Shown here piece by piece: positions 9,793-19,243 of a DNA stretch of 64,000 nt (the first letter of the stretch is position 1; each line of letters opens with the position of its first letter). The notes beneath the pieces were generated by a model. It was not told where the DNA came from, ran no database searches, and saw only the letters and a program-made list of their open reading frames with translations. The translations under genes and the position numbers were made by a program. The DNA lies in assembly GCA_964344705.1 (NCBI GenBank), contig CAYFOG010000001.1, positions 48,984 to 112,983 on the forward strand, written 5' to 3'. This DNA comes from Candidatus Woesearchaeota archaeon (GTDB taxonomy: Archaea > Nanobdellota > Nanobdellia > UBA10117 > ARS21).

Positions 9793-10127
9793 TGGAATTT
9801 GATGAATATCAAAGTAAAACAAAAGAGACAGCAATTTATCCGCGAGACAATCAAATGACTGCTTTGAGCTATGCAACTTTAGGTCTTGTTGGTGAGGCTG
9901 GTGAGATTGCAAATAAAGTCAAGAAAATTATTAGAGATCAAGGTGGAGAACTCAGCCAAGAGGTCAAAGATAAATTGGGCAAAGAATTAGGTGATGTTTT
10001 GTGGTATGTTTCTGCTTTGGCGACAGAATTGGGAGTGAATTTGAGCGCGGTTGCTAGCGATAATATTGATAAATTGTTTTCCAGAAAAGAGCGCGGAACC
10101 TTGAAAGGAAGTGGTGATAATCGCTAA
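9792..10127 (+). CDS. MazG-like nucleotide pyrophosphohydrolase (small all-alpha NTP-PPase)
   Basis: EEAGEIA-type and ELGDVLWYV motifs; 111 aa. Its start overlaps the ftsZ stop (ATGA). Confidence 0.65.
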   Translation: MEFDEYQSKTKETAIYPRDNQMTALSYATLGLVGEAGEIANKVKKIIRDQGGELSQEVKDKLGKELGDVLWYVSALATELGVNLSAVASDNIDKLFSRKERGTLKGSGDNR

Positions 10128-10170
10128 GTTCACTGGAAAGCTTTATAAATGAAACTTCTCAGTTTTAGGT

Positions 10171-10410
10171 ATGGTTTCACCTATTCAAATTGATGCACCA
10201 GAAATACATATACCAAAACCAAAAGAATGGCCGGGATTGATACAAAGAAAATTTCGAGAGTATAAGAGAGTTTTATCTATCACGAAGAAACCATCTATGG
10301 ATGAGTTCAAGGCAATTGTTAAAGTAACTGGCTTAGGAATGGTAGTTATAGGTCTAGTTGGATTTGCAATTTTCATGATTGTCCAAGGAATGGGAAATTT
10401 AGCAATATGA
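10171..10410 (+). CDS. secE: Protein translocase subunit SecE/Sec61-gamma
   Basis: 79 aa with a single C-terminal TM helix, in the conserved position upstream of spt5 and rpl11. Confidence 0.7.
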   Translation: MVSPIQIDAPEIHIPKPKEWPGLIQRKFREYKRVLSITKKPSMDEFKAIVKVTGLGMVVIGLVGFAIFMIVQGMGNLAI

Positions 10411-10859
10411 CAATATTTACAATAAGAACGGCAATTGGTAGAGAAGAACAAGTAGTTGATTTTCTATCAACTAATGCTGAAAAGGCAGACGGAATTCATG
10501 CTATTTTGAGTCCACACGGGGTTGTTGGATATATCTTTATTGAAGCAGATTCTGTTACTGATGTTCAACATATTTCTTACAGAGTTCCTTATGTTCGAGG
10601 AGTTCTAACAAAACCCGTCACTATTGATTCGATTGATCACTTGATTGAATTCAAACCAGAAAATGTAGATATCCAACTTGGAGATACTGTTGAAATTATT
10701 GGCGGCCCATTTAAAGGTGAAAGAGGAAGAGTTACTCGACTTAAGACAGAAAAGTCTGAAGTTATTGTTGAGTTGCTTGAGGCAGCCGTACCAATTCCGA
10801 TAACTTTAAATCTTGATTCAGTAAAAGTCGTTGGTAAAGAAGGACGAGAGGAAAAATAA
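10407..10859 (+). CDS. spt5: Transcription elongation factor Spt5 (NusG homolog)
   Basis: NGN domain followed by the KOW motif (GDTVEIIGGPFKGERGRV). Position between secE and rpl11. Start overlaps the secE stop. Confidence 0.8.
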   Translation: MTIFTIRTAIGREEQVVDFLSTNAEKADGIHAILSPHGVVGYIFIEADSVTDVQHISYRVPYVRGVLTKPVTIDSIDHLIEFKPENVDIQLGDTVEIIGGPFKGERGRVTRLKTEKSEVIVELLEAAVPIPITLNLDSVKVVGKEGREEK

Positions 10860-11341
10860 TGTCAGAAACAATTGAATTACAAGTCAAAGGCGGACAAGCA
10901 TCTGGAGGTCCACCACTCGGTCCAAAGTTGGGACCAACAGGAATTAATATTCAAGAAGTAGTTGGAGCTATCAATGAAAAAACTGCACCAATGAAAGGCA
11001 TGACTGTGCCAGTCAAAGTTCATATTAATACGGAGGACAAATCCTTTGAAATTGAAATTGGAACACCGCCAACAGCAGGTTTAATTCTAAAGGAGTTAGG
11101 AATCCAAAAAGGTTCAGGCGCTCCAGGAACAGAATTTGTTGCTGATATGACTATTGAACAAGCTTTGAATGTTGCAGATATTAAACTTTCAGGAATTTTA
11201 GCTAAGTCTCGTAGCGCTGCTCTGAAAGAAGTTATTGGAGTCTGTAATTCTATGGGAATTAAAGTTAATGGTGAAGAACCTGATAAAGCTTCTAAACTAA
11301 TTGGTGAAGGCAAGTGGGATAATTTAATTCCTGCTAAGTAA
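10859..11341 (+). CDS. rpl11: 50S ribosomal protein L11
   Basis: N-terminus VKGGQASGGPPLGPKLGP and L11 C-terminal domain; ATAATG overlap with the spt5 stop. Confidence 0.9.
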   Translation: MSETIELQVKGGQASGGPPLGPKLGPTGINIQEVVGAINEKTAPMKGMTVPVKVHINTEDKSFEIEIGTPPTAGLILKELGIQKGSGAPGTEFVADMTIEQALNVADIKLSGILAKSRSAALKEVIGVCNSMGIKVNGEEPDKASKLIGEGKWDNLIPAK

Positions 11342-11551
11342 TTCTCTAAGGTTGTCACAACCACCAATAAATTTTCCATCCAATAAAATTATTGGGACTG
11401 TTTGATGATTATATTTGTCTTTAATTTTTTGAAGCTCATCTGGTTTGTCGTCCATAATATGTTCTTCAACTTCAATATTCTTTTTGATTAGAAGTTTCTT
11501 TGCGTCCTTACAAAACGGACAAAAACTCCACGTCCAAATTTCAGCTTTCAT
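11324..11551 (-). CDS. Glutaredoxin-like protein
   Basis: CPFC active site, and a GGCD motif near the C-terminus. The track start at 11593 is a TTG and would overlap alaS; the ATG at 11551 immediately follows the alaS stop. Confidence 0.6.
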   Translation of the reverse strand: MKAEIWTWSFCPFCKDAKKLLIKKNIEVEEHIMDDKPDELQKIKDKYNHQTVPIILLDGKFIGGCDNLRELLSRN

Positions 11552-14055
11552 TTTCTTTTTGATTTCCTTAATGCTTTTCTTAGTCGTTTCCAAGTTGTAA
11601 ATAGTTCTTCAACTGCTTCGGGAATTGGTTGGACTTTAATTTTTGGAACTGGCTTTTCCAACTTCTTACTCATTTCACGCATTTCTTTTATGAATCGAGC
11701 AATTGTTTTTGGCAAGTGTTCTTTTTGAGCTTTTAATATTGTGGATGCTTCATGAATTTCATCAAGTGTGACGGTTCCAGATCTTGTACCGAATGCTGCG
11801 AGTATTTCTGAACCTAATCTTTTTTCTTCTGTCTCAAGTTGCTTTGCAACTTCGCCAGCGACATATGAAATTCTAATTACACCATCTTGAATTCTTTTTG
11901 AACCAAGAAGTTTTATCTGACCTATTTCTTTTGTATTATCTAAATGTGTTCCACCACATGCTTGGGCGTCGAAACCTTTTACATGAACAACCCGAACATC
12001 GCCCCCGGGAACGAATCCACCTTGATATAATGTAAATCCGAATTTCTTTTCAGCTTGATCTTTTGGAAGAACTACTTTTTCAACTTCGATTTTGTCTTGA
12101 ACTGCTTTGTTTGCAACTTGCTCAATCTTTTTGAGTTGCTTTCCAGTTAGAGAATCAAAATGAGTTATATCCAATCGACCTCTTTCTTCGTTTACATCCG
12201 ATCCTGCTTGCCAAACATGTTTTCCAAGAACTTTACGTGCAGCACCACCAACTACGTGAGTTGCGGTATGATGTTTCATTGTTGTACTTCGACGCTCATC
12301 ATCAATACGACCAATCACTTCATCTCCTTCCTTGAAATCAATGTTTTCAACTTCGTGCATAATGTAGGGTCCTTGATTGAAAGTATTTACAACCGGATTC
12401 ATGTTTAATGAACCGCTATCGAAATTCTGACCGCCACTTGTTGCGTAAAACAAAGTTTTGTCAAGAATTACATATCGATTGTCAATTATTTTCAGAACTT
12501 TTGCGTCAAATTCTCTCGCCCTTTCATCTGCCCAAAATAATTTCAATGTCGGAGGAATTCCTTCAAAAGATAAATCTTTTTCTTCCTCGAATATTGGAGC
12601 ATTTCTTTTTTCGTGCTTTGCAGCTACTTTCATGTAGAAGTCTGCTGGAACCTTTATCTTTCCTTTGGATGCTTCAGAAAGTTCTTCAGGCGTAACTCCA
12701 TGAGAATCATATAATTCAAGTAATTTGTTTTCATTAACAGTTGTTTTGATTACTTTTGAAATTATCCGTTTACTGATTATTTTAGACTGATTGTATTTTC
12801 TTTCTTCAGCTTTCAGAATTTCTTGAACAGATTTTACACTTTTTGATAATTCCGGATATTGAGGTTTTAATTCCTTAGCATGTAAGTCGATAAGTTTTGA
12901 ATAGTCAAGTTTTATATTGTACTTATTTGCAAAATCCATGCTTCTTCGGTAGATGCTTCGAAGATTATACCCTCCACCTGAATTGGACGGAAGTGCACCG
13001 TCTGCTAAGGCGAAAAGCAGTGTTCGAGAATGATCTGCGATTGCGTACAAAGAAGAGACAGGATAAATTTCATCTTTCAATTTGTTCTTAGAATATCCAA
13101 TTTTTCTTGCTGTGCTTGCCCACATTTTTTCAATATCATCAACTTCATCAACATTAAGATTTCCAGACACTGGAACAAATTTTGTCCACAAATTCATATC
13201 GGGTTTTCGTCCTGATTGCTTGTAAAGATATTTAACTGTCTGCGGCATCGTTAATTCGAAATTTATGGGTTTTCCAGAGGTTAGCCAAGGATAACGCTCT
13301 TGACCCGAACCCATATCTAAAACATTAATATCTAAATCTTTGTATCCGGCCGGAGTAACTTTGTAAGTCATATAAACCTGATTACCCAATTCTACTCCAC
13401 GAGAGAAATATTCCAAAGAAGTTCCAAGATTTCCACCTCCGCCCCATTGGTCTTCGTGAAATTGAAGTTCATCCAGAGGAAGTTTTACTCCTTTTGTTAA
13501 CCAAGTAATTATATCTGAAAGATATTTTGCTTTGTCGTAATTTTCTGGAGATTGAAAAGTATGCTGACCTAGATGAAAATGTGTTGAATAGTGTCTCCCA
13601 GTAATTCCAACATTGTCAATGTCATTAAATCTCAAAGACGGTTGAGACATAACTAAAGGATTTGCTGGAGGACTAACCGTTCCCCCAACTACGAAAGGTT
13701 GAAAAGCATAAATTGAAGCTTGAGTAAACCAAGTATCGTCTCTCCAACGTGCAACAGTAGGATATCTCTTGATAGGAGTGTAACCCAATTTTTTCATTGT
13801 TGAAGAGAATTTATCCCAAGTTTCTAAATAACCCAATTTTGATTTTGTTGGAGCATCATTAATGAAGGAATAACCACCACTACACTCAGGTTCGCCACAA
13901 GTTTTTCTTTTCACCACCGACCAAAAGAATGTTCCACATTTAGAACAGCTGGTTCTACTAAACCCATTATCCTTTAGAACTTGAATTGGATAAAACTTCT
14001 CGGGATTCTTACTGGCTTTCCTTTTTAAATCTAGCTTCAGTGTTTTTAGACTCAT
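11548..14055 (-). CDS. alaS: Alanyl-tRNA synthetase (archaeal type)
   Basis: N-terminal Zn motif SCSKCGTFFWS, editing-domain HTATHVV and CGGTH motifs, about 835 aa. The track start at 14064 is a GTG; the ATG is at 14055. Confidence 0.9.
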   Translation of the reverse strand: MSLKTLKLDLKRKASKNPEKFYPIQVLKDNGFSRTSCSKCGTFFWSVVKRKTCGEPECSGGYSFINDAPTKSKLGYLETWDKFSSTMKKLGYTPIKRYPTVARWRDDTWFTQASIYAFQPFVVGGTVSPPANPLVMSQPSLRFNDIDNVGITGRHYSTHFHLGQHTFQSPENYDKAKYLSDIITWLTKGVKLPLDELQFHEDQWGGGGNLGTSLEYFSRGVELGNQVYMTYKVTPAGYKDLDINVLDMGSGQERYPWLTSGKPINFELTMPQTVKYLYKQSGRKPDMNLWTKFVPVSGNLNVDEVDDIEKMWASTARKIGYSKNKLKDEIYPVSSLYAIADHSRTLLFALADGALPSNSGGGYNLRSIYRRSMDFANKYNIKLDYSKLIDLHAKELKPQYPELSKSVKSVQEILKAEERKYNQSKIISKRIISKVIKTTVNENKLLELYDSHGVTPEELSEASKGKIKVPADFYMKVAAKHEKRNAPIFEEEKDLSFEGIPPTLKLFWADERAREFDAKVLKIIDNRYVILDKTLFYATSGGQNFDSGSLNMNPVVNTFNQGPYIMHEVENIDFKEGDEVIGRIDDERRSTTMKHHTATHVVGGAARKVLGKHVWQAGSDVNEERGRLDITHFDSLTGKQLKKIEQVANKAVQDKIEVEKVVLPKDQAEKKFGFTLYQGGFVPGGDVRVVHVKGFDAQACGGTHLDNTKEIGQIKLLGSKRIQDGVIRISYVAGEVAKQLETEEKRLGSEILAAFGTRSGTVTLDEIHEASTILKAQKEHLPKTIARFIKEMREMSKKLEKPVPKIKVQPIPEAVEELFTTWKRLRKALRKSKRK

Positions 14056-14092
14056 GAATAACACTAGAGAGAGAAATTATTAAGAGTTTGTA

Positions 14093-14929
14093 TTACTTTT
14101 TCAACAAACCTTTTTGAAGTTTCAAAATATCATCTTTGCTGAGTTTCTTACCTGTTTTTAGTGCTGCTTTTACATCAGCTTTCAGAGTGTCTTCATTTTT
14201 GTTGAAGATTTCCATTGCAGACTTTCTTGCAGTTTCTGGAAGCTTGGACATATCTTTTAGAACTCCACCGAGTCTAGCATTCATTATGTTAATTTGATCC
14301 TTCAAACCATTTAACACAAGTTTTGCAACATTTCTTTGTCGTTTGATTTTTGAAATTTCACTTGAGAGTTCGGTAAGACGATCAAAAATTTGACTTGACT
14401 CCTTTGCAAGAGTTTGTATTTTATTGTGAGTGGCATCAGCTTCTTTCTTGATTTCCTTTGTTTTCTTTTGAATTTCCTTGAACTCAACAGAAGGTTTCTG
14501 CAAATCTTGATACTCCTTTATCACTTTTTTCAAAGATTTAATTTTAGTCATTATGTCTTTTTCTTTTTTCATACTGACTGCTCCAGTTTCAATTTGAAAT
14601 TCAAGTTGCTGAATTTCAGCTAAAAATTTTTCTTTAGGAATCTTTGGCAGTTTAGCTTTATTCTTTTTATGTTGCAAGCGTAATTGTTTGAGTTTTTTGA
14701 GCCCCTCTCGAACTTCTTTGTTTTTGTTGTTACGTTCTTTCTTCGAAGTTGACAGCTCCTTTTCGATTTCCTTTTTACGAGCGTTTAAATCAACTGCTTC
14801 TTTGATTAGCTTATTAAGAACTCCGCCAAGTTTTGTTTTTTCTCGATATTTTTGCTCTTTCTTGTTTCCTAAATCTCTAAGAGATCCAGTGAGTTCCTTT
14901 GCCTGTGTTTTTAATATATTTATATCCAT
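14093..14929 (-). CDS. Hypothetical K/E-rich coiled-coil protein (278 aa)
   Basis: Heptad-like charged repeats throughout; no enzymatic motif. Confidence 0.4.
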   Translation of the reverse strand: MDINILKTQAKELTGSLRDLGNKKEQKYREKTKLGGVLNKLIKEAVDLNARKKEIEKELSTSKKERNNKNKEVREGLKKLKQLRLQHKKNKAKLPKIPKEKFLAEIQQLEFQIETGAVSMKKEKDIMTKIKSLKKVIKEYQDLQKPSVEFKEIQKKTKEIKKEADATHNKIQTLAKESSQIFDRLTELSSEISKIKRQRNVAKLVLNGLKDQINIMNARLGGVLKDMSKLPETARKSAMEIFNKNEDTLKADVKAALKTGKKLSKDDILKLQKGLLKK

Positions 14930-14978
14930 TTGTATCCTCCTTATTCTGAGGGTTGTTGGTTTAGAGCATCACTCGGAT

Positions 14979-15293
14979 TTAACCGAATAATGCACCAAGA
15001 CCTTCAGAGACGTCTTCTTCAGAAGCTTCTTGTTTTTCTTCTTTTGCTTCTGCTGAACTTTCTTCAGCTGCGTCTGCGCTAGCTGCTGGAGTTGCTGGAG
15101 CTGCACTTGCACTTGCTAGTTGAGTTTCTTCAATTACTTTATTGATATCAACATCTGCAAGAGCTGCGGCAGTTGCCTTAACTCGAGCTTCATCAACGCT
15201 TACGCCAGCTGCAGTTAAAGTCTTTGTAAGTGCGTCAGCACTAACGTCTTTTCCTGCCTTGTTTAGTAACATTGCTGCATATACGTATTCCAT
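14979..15293 (-). CDS. rpl12: 50S ribosomal stalk protein P1 (L12e)
   Basis: N-terminus MEYVYAAMLL, alanine-rich hinge, conserved acidic C-terminus ending GLGALFG. Confidence 0.8.
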   Translation of the reverse strand: MEYVYAAMLLNKAGKDVSADALTKTLTAAGVSVDEARVKATAAALADVDINKVIEETQLASASAAPATPAASADAAEESSAEAKEEKQEASEEDVSEGLGALFG

Positions 15294-15295
15294 TT

Positions 15296-16312
15296 TTATT
15301 CCTTATCAGATTGATTATCTGAAGATGATTCTTCCTCAACTTTTTCCTCTTGAGGATTTTCTGATTCAGTAGCTTCAGCTACCTGTTCTTCTTTTGATTC
15401 GGTTTCTTTTACTTTATCTTCTTTTTGGTCTTCTACTGACGATTCAGTTGGAACATCTCCAACTTTATCCTTTAGTGCTGAAGCAACTGTGTCAGCCTTA
15501 GATAAAACCAAATCTCTTACTTTGTCTGCAAGAATTCCTTGCGCATAAGCAAGTTTCATTGCATCCATTTCTGCATTTCGAAGCATAATTTCTGCTGTTT
15601 CTTTGTTAATTAATCCTGTTCCAACTGCAAGCTTCAATGCGTCAATGTGTAATGCTTTGATTTGTGCGACTACTTCGTCTGAATCTACATCTAATTCAGA
15701 ACGCATAAAGATTGTTCCATCTTCAAGTGCCGCAACTAAATTTAGACCAATCTTCATTGGTTTAATTTCTAGTCTTTCTAGTAATGCTGCAAGTTGTGCT
15801 GAAAGAATATCTCCTTCACTTGCAACTTTTGAGTCTGCCTTTATTTCAATTTTCCCTGCATTAATTCCTGCGCTGATACCAACGTCACCAAGTTCTCCAA
15901 GGATTGGTCCTGGAGCAAAGTTGGTCATTCCTGCCGGAACAACAATATCGAACGGCGCTTCTTGTCCAGCCTTTGCAGCTGCTGAAGACATGTTAGATTT
16001 TAATAATGCCCATAATGAGAATGCATCCAATTCTGAAGTGATTATTGCAGGCATTCCTTTGAAGTGTTGAATAAGTTCTGCTGCTTTATCTTTCCCTGAA
16101 CTTTCAAGAGCTCTAGACATTAGTGTTTTTCTAGACATAAGAATATTCACTTTTGTGTCAATCTTTTCTTTGATAACTTGAAGTTGTCGTGATGGAAGGT
16201 CTTTCATATTCAAAACTGCAACAGTATTTGCGCTTTTAATTTGTTCAGCCATGGAATTGATTAAGTCTTTCTTCCAACTTGCTGCCTTTGTTTTGTATTC
16301 TGTTGCTTCCAT
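15296..16312 (-). CDS. rplP0: 50S ribosomal protein P0 (L10e)
   Basis: L10 N-domain plus a C-terminal acidic, stalk-like tail; located between L1 and P1. Confidence 0.85.
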   Translation of the reverse strand: MEATEYKTKAASWKKDLINSMAEQIKSANTVAVLNMKDLPSRQLQVIKEKIDTKVNILMSRKTLMSRALESSGKDKAAELIQHFKGMPAIITSELDAFSLWALLKSNMSSAAAKAGQEAPFDIVVPAGMTNFAPGPILGELGDVGISAGINAGKIEIKADSKVASEGDILSAQLAALLERLEIKPMKIGLNLVAALEDGTIFMRSELDVDSDEVVAQIKALHIDALKLAVGTGLINKETAEIMLRNAEMDAMKLAYAQGILADKVRDLVLSKADTVASALKDKVGDVPTESSVEDQKEDKVKETESKEEQVAEATESENPQEEKVEEESSSDNQSDKE

Positions 16313-16953
16313 TATAAGTTCACCTTCTTTGACATTGTAGACTTAACATAAACTTTGCCCATGTTGTTTTTTCCGTTTGGCAATGCATGTTCAACTGCAC
16401 CTACAACTTTGATTATGTTTGCTACCAATTCTTCATCTTTTTGATCTTCATATCCAATAGAACATTGGAATACTGGCGCTTTGTTTGCAACCAAACGAAC
16501 AGTATCTCTCAGTTTTGATACAATTGGTTCCAAATTTGCCTTTGGAGGAACGATTGCTCCAGCCCGTGGGCTAGGCATGCGATTAATCGGACCGAAATAT
16601 CGACCGAAAACTTGAGCGATTTGTGGCATCATATCAGCTTGAGCAATGAAATAATCAAATTCTCTAGCCAGTTTTTTAATTTCTCGAGGTTTTTTCCACT
16701 TTTCGAAATTAGAAGATAAAATAACTTTGTCAGCAGCCTTTGCTCCTGCTTCAGATTCATTACCGATCAGAGCGCAAATTTTAGCTTTCTTAGTTTTTCC
16801 TGAAGGAAGTCTGACAAATTCTTCGATTTTTCCTTGTTTATTCATGTCAATATCTTTCAGAGTAATTATAATATCTATGGATTGTGAGAAATTTCTCTTA
16901 GAAGTAATTTTTCTTAGTTCTGTTAATGATTTTTTGATAGATTGTTCATCCAT
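16312..16953 (-). CDS. rpl1: 50S ribosomal protein L1
   Basis: L1 family signature (GKxxKxxxCA, two-domain architecture), directly upstream of P0. Confidence 0.85.
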   Translation of the reverse strand: MDEQSIKKSLTELRKITSKRNFSQSIDIIITLKDIDMNKQGKIEEFVRLPSGKTKKAKICALIGNESEAGAKAADKVILSSNFEKWKKPREIKKLAREFDYFIAQADMMPQIAQVFGRYFGPINRMPSPRAGAIVPPKANLEPIVSKLRDTVRLVANKAPVFQCSIGYEDQKDEELVANIIKVVGAVEHALPNGKNNMGKVYVKSTMSKKVNL

Positions 16954-17021
16954 TTCGCTTTCGCTCCTGCCTAAGCAGTAATATGAGCTAATTATTTGGA
17001 TTTATAAAGATTGTTATTTGA

Positions 17022-19148
17022 TTAAGGTCGCATAGCATAACTTAGTGAATCTAAGTATTTTGTACCTGATTCTGTTACAACTTTGTAGAATGGCAAATAT
17101 GTAAGCTTTTTTGCACGGACTTCAAGTCCTTTAGATTTCAAAAATTCTACTACTTTGCTCTCTGAGATTTTCGGAGCTCTTTTTTCTCCTTGAAGATTGA
17201 GATATTTGGGTTTAAGAATAAAATTCAAGTTTTTTGGATTAAAAGTAGGTTGTGTTGCCGAAATTATTTTGTTTTCAACCTTTATTGCGCCCTGTCTGAC
17301 CAGTGTTTTTAGAATTCCATCAACTTCACTGAATGCCAGGCCCGATTTTACAAACACCTCAGAGAGCGGAGTGTTGGGTTTTTGTTTAACTAAATTCATA
17401 ATTTTTTGTTGATTTCCTGAAAGAGTTGGAGAATCACCTCCAAGACCAATTCGTTTCAATGATCGATTTAGATGTAATGCGCTAAATCTTTCAAGATCAA
17501 AAACTAAATGATAACTTTTTCCTGCCTTTTCACAAATTGTACTAAGAACGGGTTTCATTACAAAGGACAAAGATTTGATTGGAAATTTTTCAATAGTCTC
17601 AATTTCTTTTTTAGAAATTCGAGGTTCAAATATACTTAATTGAGATATTGCTGAAGTTGGTTGAGGCGCACTTCTTGTAACTGAAGTTTGCTGAGTTTTT
17701 GCTGGAACTTGAACTGTTACTTGTTGTCCTTCCTTTGAAATGTCTGCACGCTTTGCTTCAGAAATATCGAATGATTTTGAAGTTCCCCCATGGAGAGATT
17801 TTCTTACACGAATATCTACAAAGATTGGAAAATCTGTTGCACCAATTACCATTGCTTTTCCGATTGGAAGATTCCTGATTTCATTTTCTGCTTCTGCGGT
17901 AACGCCTTCAAACGAACGCGAGATTGCTGCCAAGTCCGAAGGATTAGTAACTTGAAGTGCAATTTGACTGCTGCATTGAGATAGAACTGATTTATCAACT
18001 CTGGCAGGTCTCTGAGAAATTATGCAAACTCCGAGACCAAACTTACGACCTTCCGATGCAATTGTTCTAATTACTCTTGAAGATTTTGCTTCACCGAAAC
18101 CTCGTTCAGGACAATAATTGTGCGCTTCATCAATAATCAAAAAGCCGGGAGGGATTTGCTCCAATTTCCGCTCTTCAAACATATTTGTTAGAAGACTTCT
18201 TGCTACAATTTCTTGAATTTCCTGCGATGCTCCTTTAAAATTTATAATTGTTAGTTGACCTGGTTTGACAATTTCATTGATTGGCGTTGGGTTATGACTG
18301 AACAATCCACTTTGTTCAAGCTGTTGTATTCCTCCAATCAGTCTCCACTTTGCTGTTGATTCTGCAATTTCAAGCTCTTTAATCAATTCGTCAAATTCAA
18401 ATCTGCCCTTTCTTTCCACCAAATCATTTATGACATTGTATAGCAAACCTCTCTGAGCATCAGTTGCTTTGAATGGAAGAGTTTCGGTCAGCGTAAATGG
18501 ATCGTTTGGAATTTTTAGTCTAATTTGATGAGCATCAATGTTTATTGAAGTGTTAACTGCAAATTCCATTAATTTTTCACCGTATGCTTTGGCTTGAATT
18601 CCGTAATGCTCAAAGTAATCCGTTTCCTTTTTGTTGGTATTTGGACTTTTGATGGATGAGTATTCTCCATGAGGATCAATAATTACTACGGGCACACCCA
18701 TATCTAAAATTTCTTCAAGAATTACGCCCACGGCATAAGACTTACCTGCTCCGGATTTGGCTAAAACTGCTAAGTGTTTTGTTATCAGCTTTTTTGGATC
18801 AAGAAAAGCTTTGATTGATTTTCCTTGCAAACGACCGAGATATACACCATTCATTCTTAAATCTAGAATGCTTTTGATGAGGTTATCTTCTGCGATAAAT
18901 ACTTCAGTTCCTGGTGCAAAAGGAGTTCTTGGCTGCCTCAAAAATCCTCGCTCAGTTCTGTGACCAATAATTGCACAACTGGCATAGGTCATGTTGTCTA
19001 CTTTTTCAACTTCGACCACTTGATTCAGCACTGGACCAACTTCGGGATGATTAACTGCAATATAATCCCATTTATTTACAAGACTTTTTACCACAAATTT
19101 GAAGCTAGTAGTTGATGTTCTACCAGAAACGGTACCAATGGCTGCCAT
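17022..19148 (-). CDS. HerA/FtsK-superfamily ATPase (DUF87-like) with an ~230-aa C-terminal extension
   Basis: N-terminal barrel-like domain, Walker A KSGAGKS, IIDPHGEY, Walker B FLIIDEAHNY, 708 aa. No nurA, mre11 or rad50 nearby. Confidence 0.65.
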   Translation of the reverse strand: MAAIGTVSGRTSTTSFKFVVKSLVNKWDYIAVNHPEVGPVLNQVVEVEKVDNMTYASCAIIGHRTERGFLRQPRTPFAPGTEVFIAEDNLIKSILDLRMNGVYLGRLQGKSIKAFLDPKKLITKHLAVLAKSGAGKSYAVGVILEEILDMGVPVVIIDPHGEYSSIKSPNTNKKETDYFEHYGIQAKAYGEKLMEFAVNTSINIDAHQIRLKIPNDPFTLTETLPFKATDAQRGLLYNVINDLVERKGRFEFDELIKELEIAESTAKWRLIGGIQQLEQSGLFSHNPTPINEIVKPGQLTIINFKGASQEIQEIVARSLLTNMFEERKLEQIPPGFLIIDEAHNYCPERGFGEAKSSRVIRTIASEGRKFGLGVCIISQRPARVDKSVLSQCSSQIALQVTNPSDLAAISRSFEGVTAEAENEIRNLPIGKAMVIGATDFPIFVDIRVRKSLHGGTSKSFDISEAKRADISKEGQQVTVQVPAKTQQTSVTRSAPQPTSAISQLSIFEPRISKKEIETIEKFPIKSLSFVMKPVLSTICEKAGKSYHLVFDLERFSALHLNRSLKRIGLGGDSPTLSGNQQKIMNLVKQKPNTPLSEVFVKSGLAFSEVDGILKTLVRQGAIKVENKIISATQPTFNPKNLNFILKPKYLNLQGEKRAPKISESKVVEFLKSKGLEVRAKKLTYLPFYKVVTESGTKYLDSLSYAMRP

Positions 19149-19243
19149 GTATAACTTTTTTGGTAGTTATATAAAAGCGTGTGTATGGAAACGTAGTTAT
19201 TTGCTAAGCAAACAGTTTAATAATTATATTCTCTACTTTTGGT

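Noticed and set aside
9291-9912. Reverse-strand ORFs of 187 and 114 aa overlapping ftsZ and mazG.
   Set aside because: Antisense shadow frames of well-supported genes; no motifs.
12160-12695. Two + strand ORFs of 82 and 95 aa inside alaS.
   Set aside because: Antisense to AlaRS; Cys/Phe-rich nonsense composition.
15603-16070. 155-aa + strand ORF inside rplP0.
   Set aside because: Opposite strand of a conserved ribosomal gene; an A/S-rich translation typical of a GC-skewed shadow frame.
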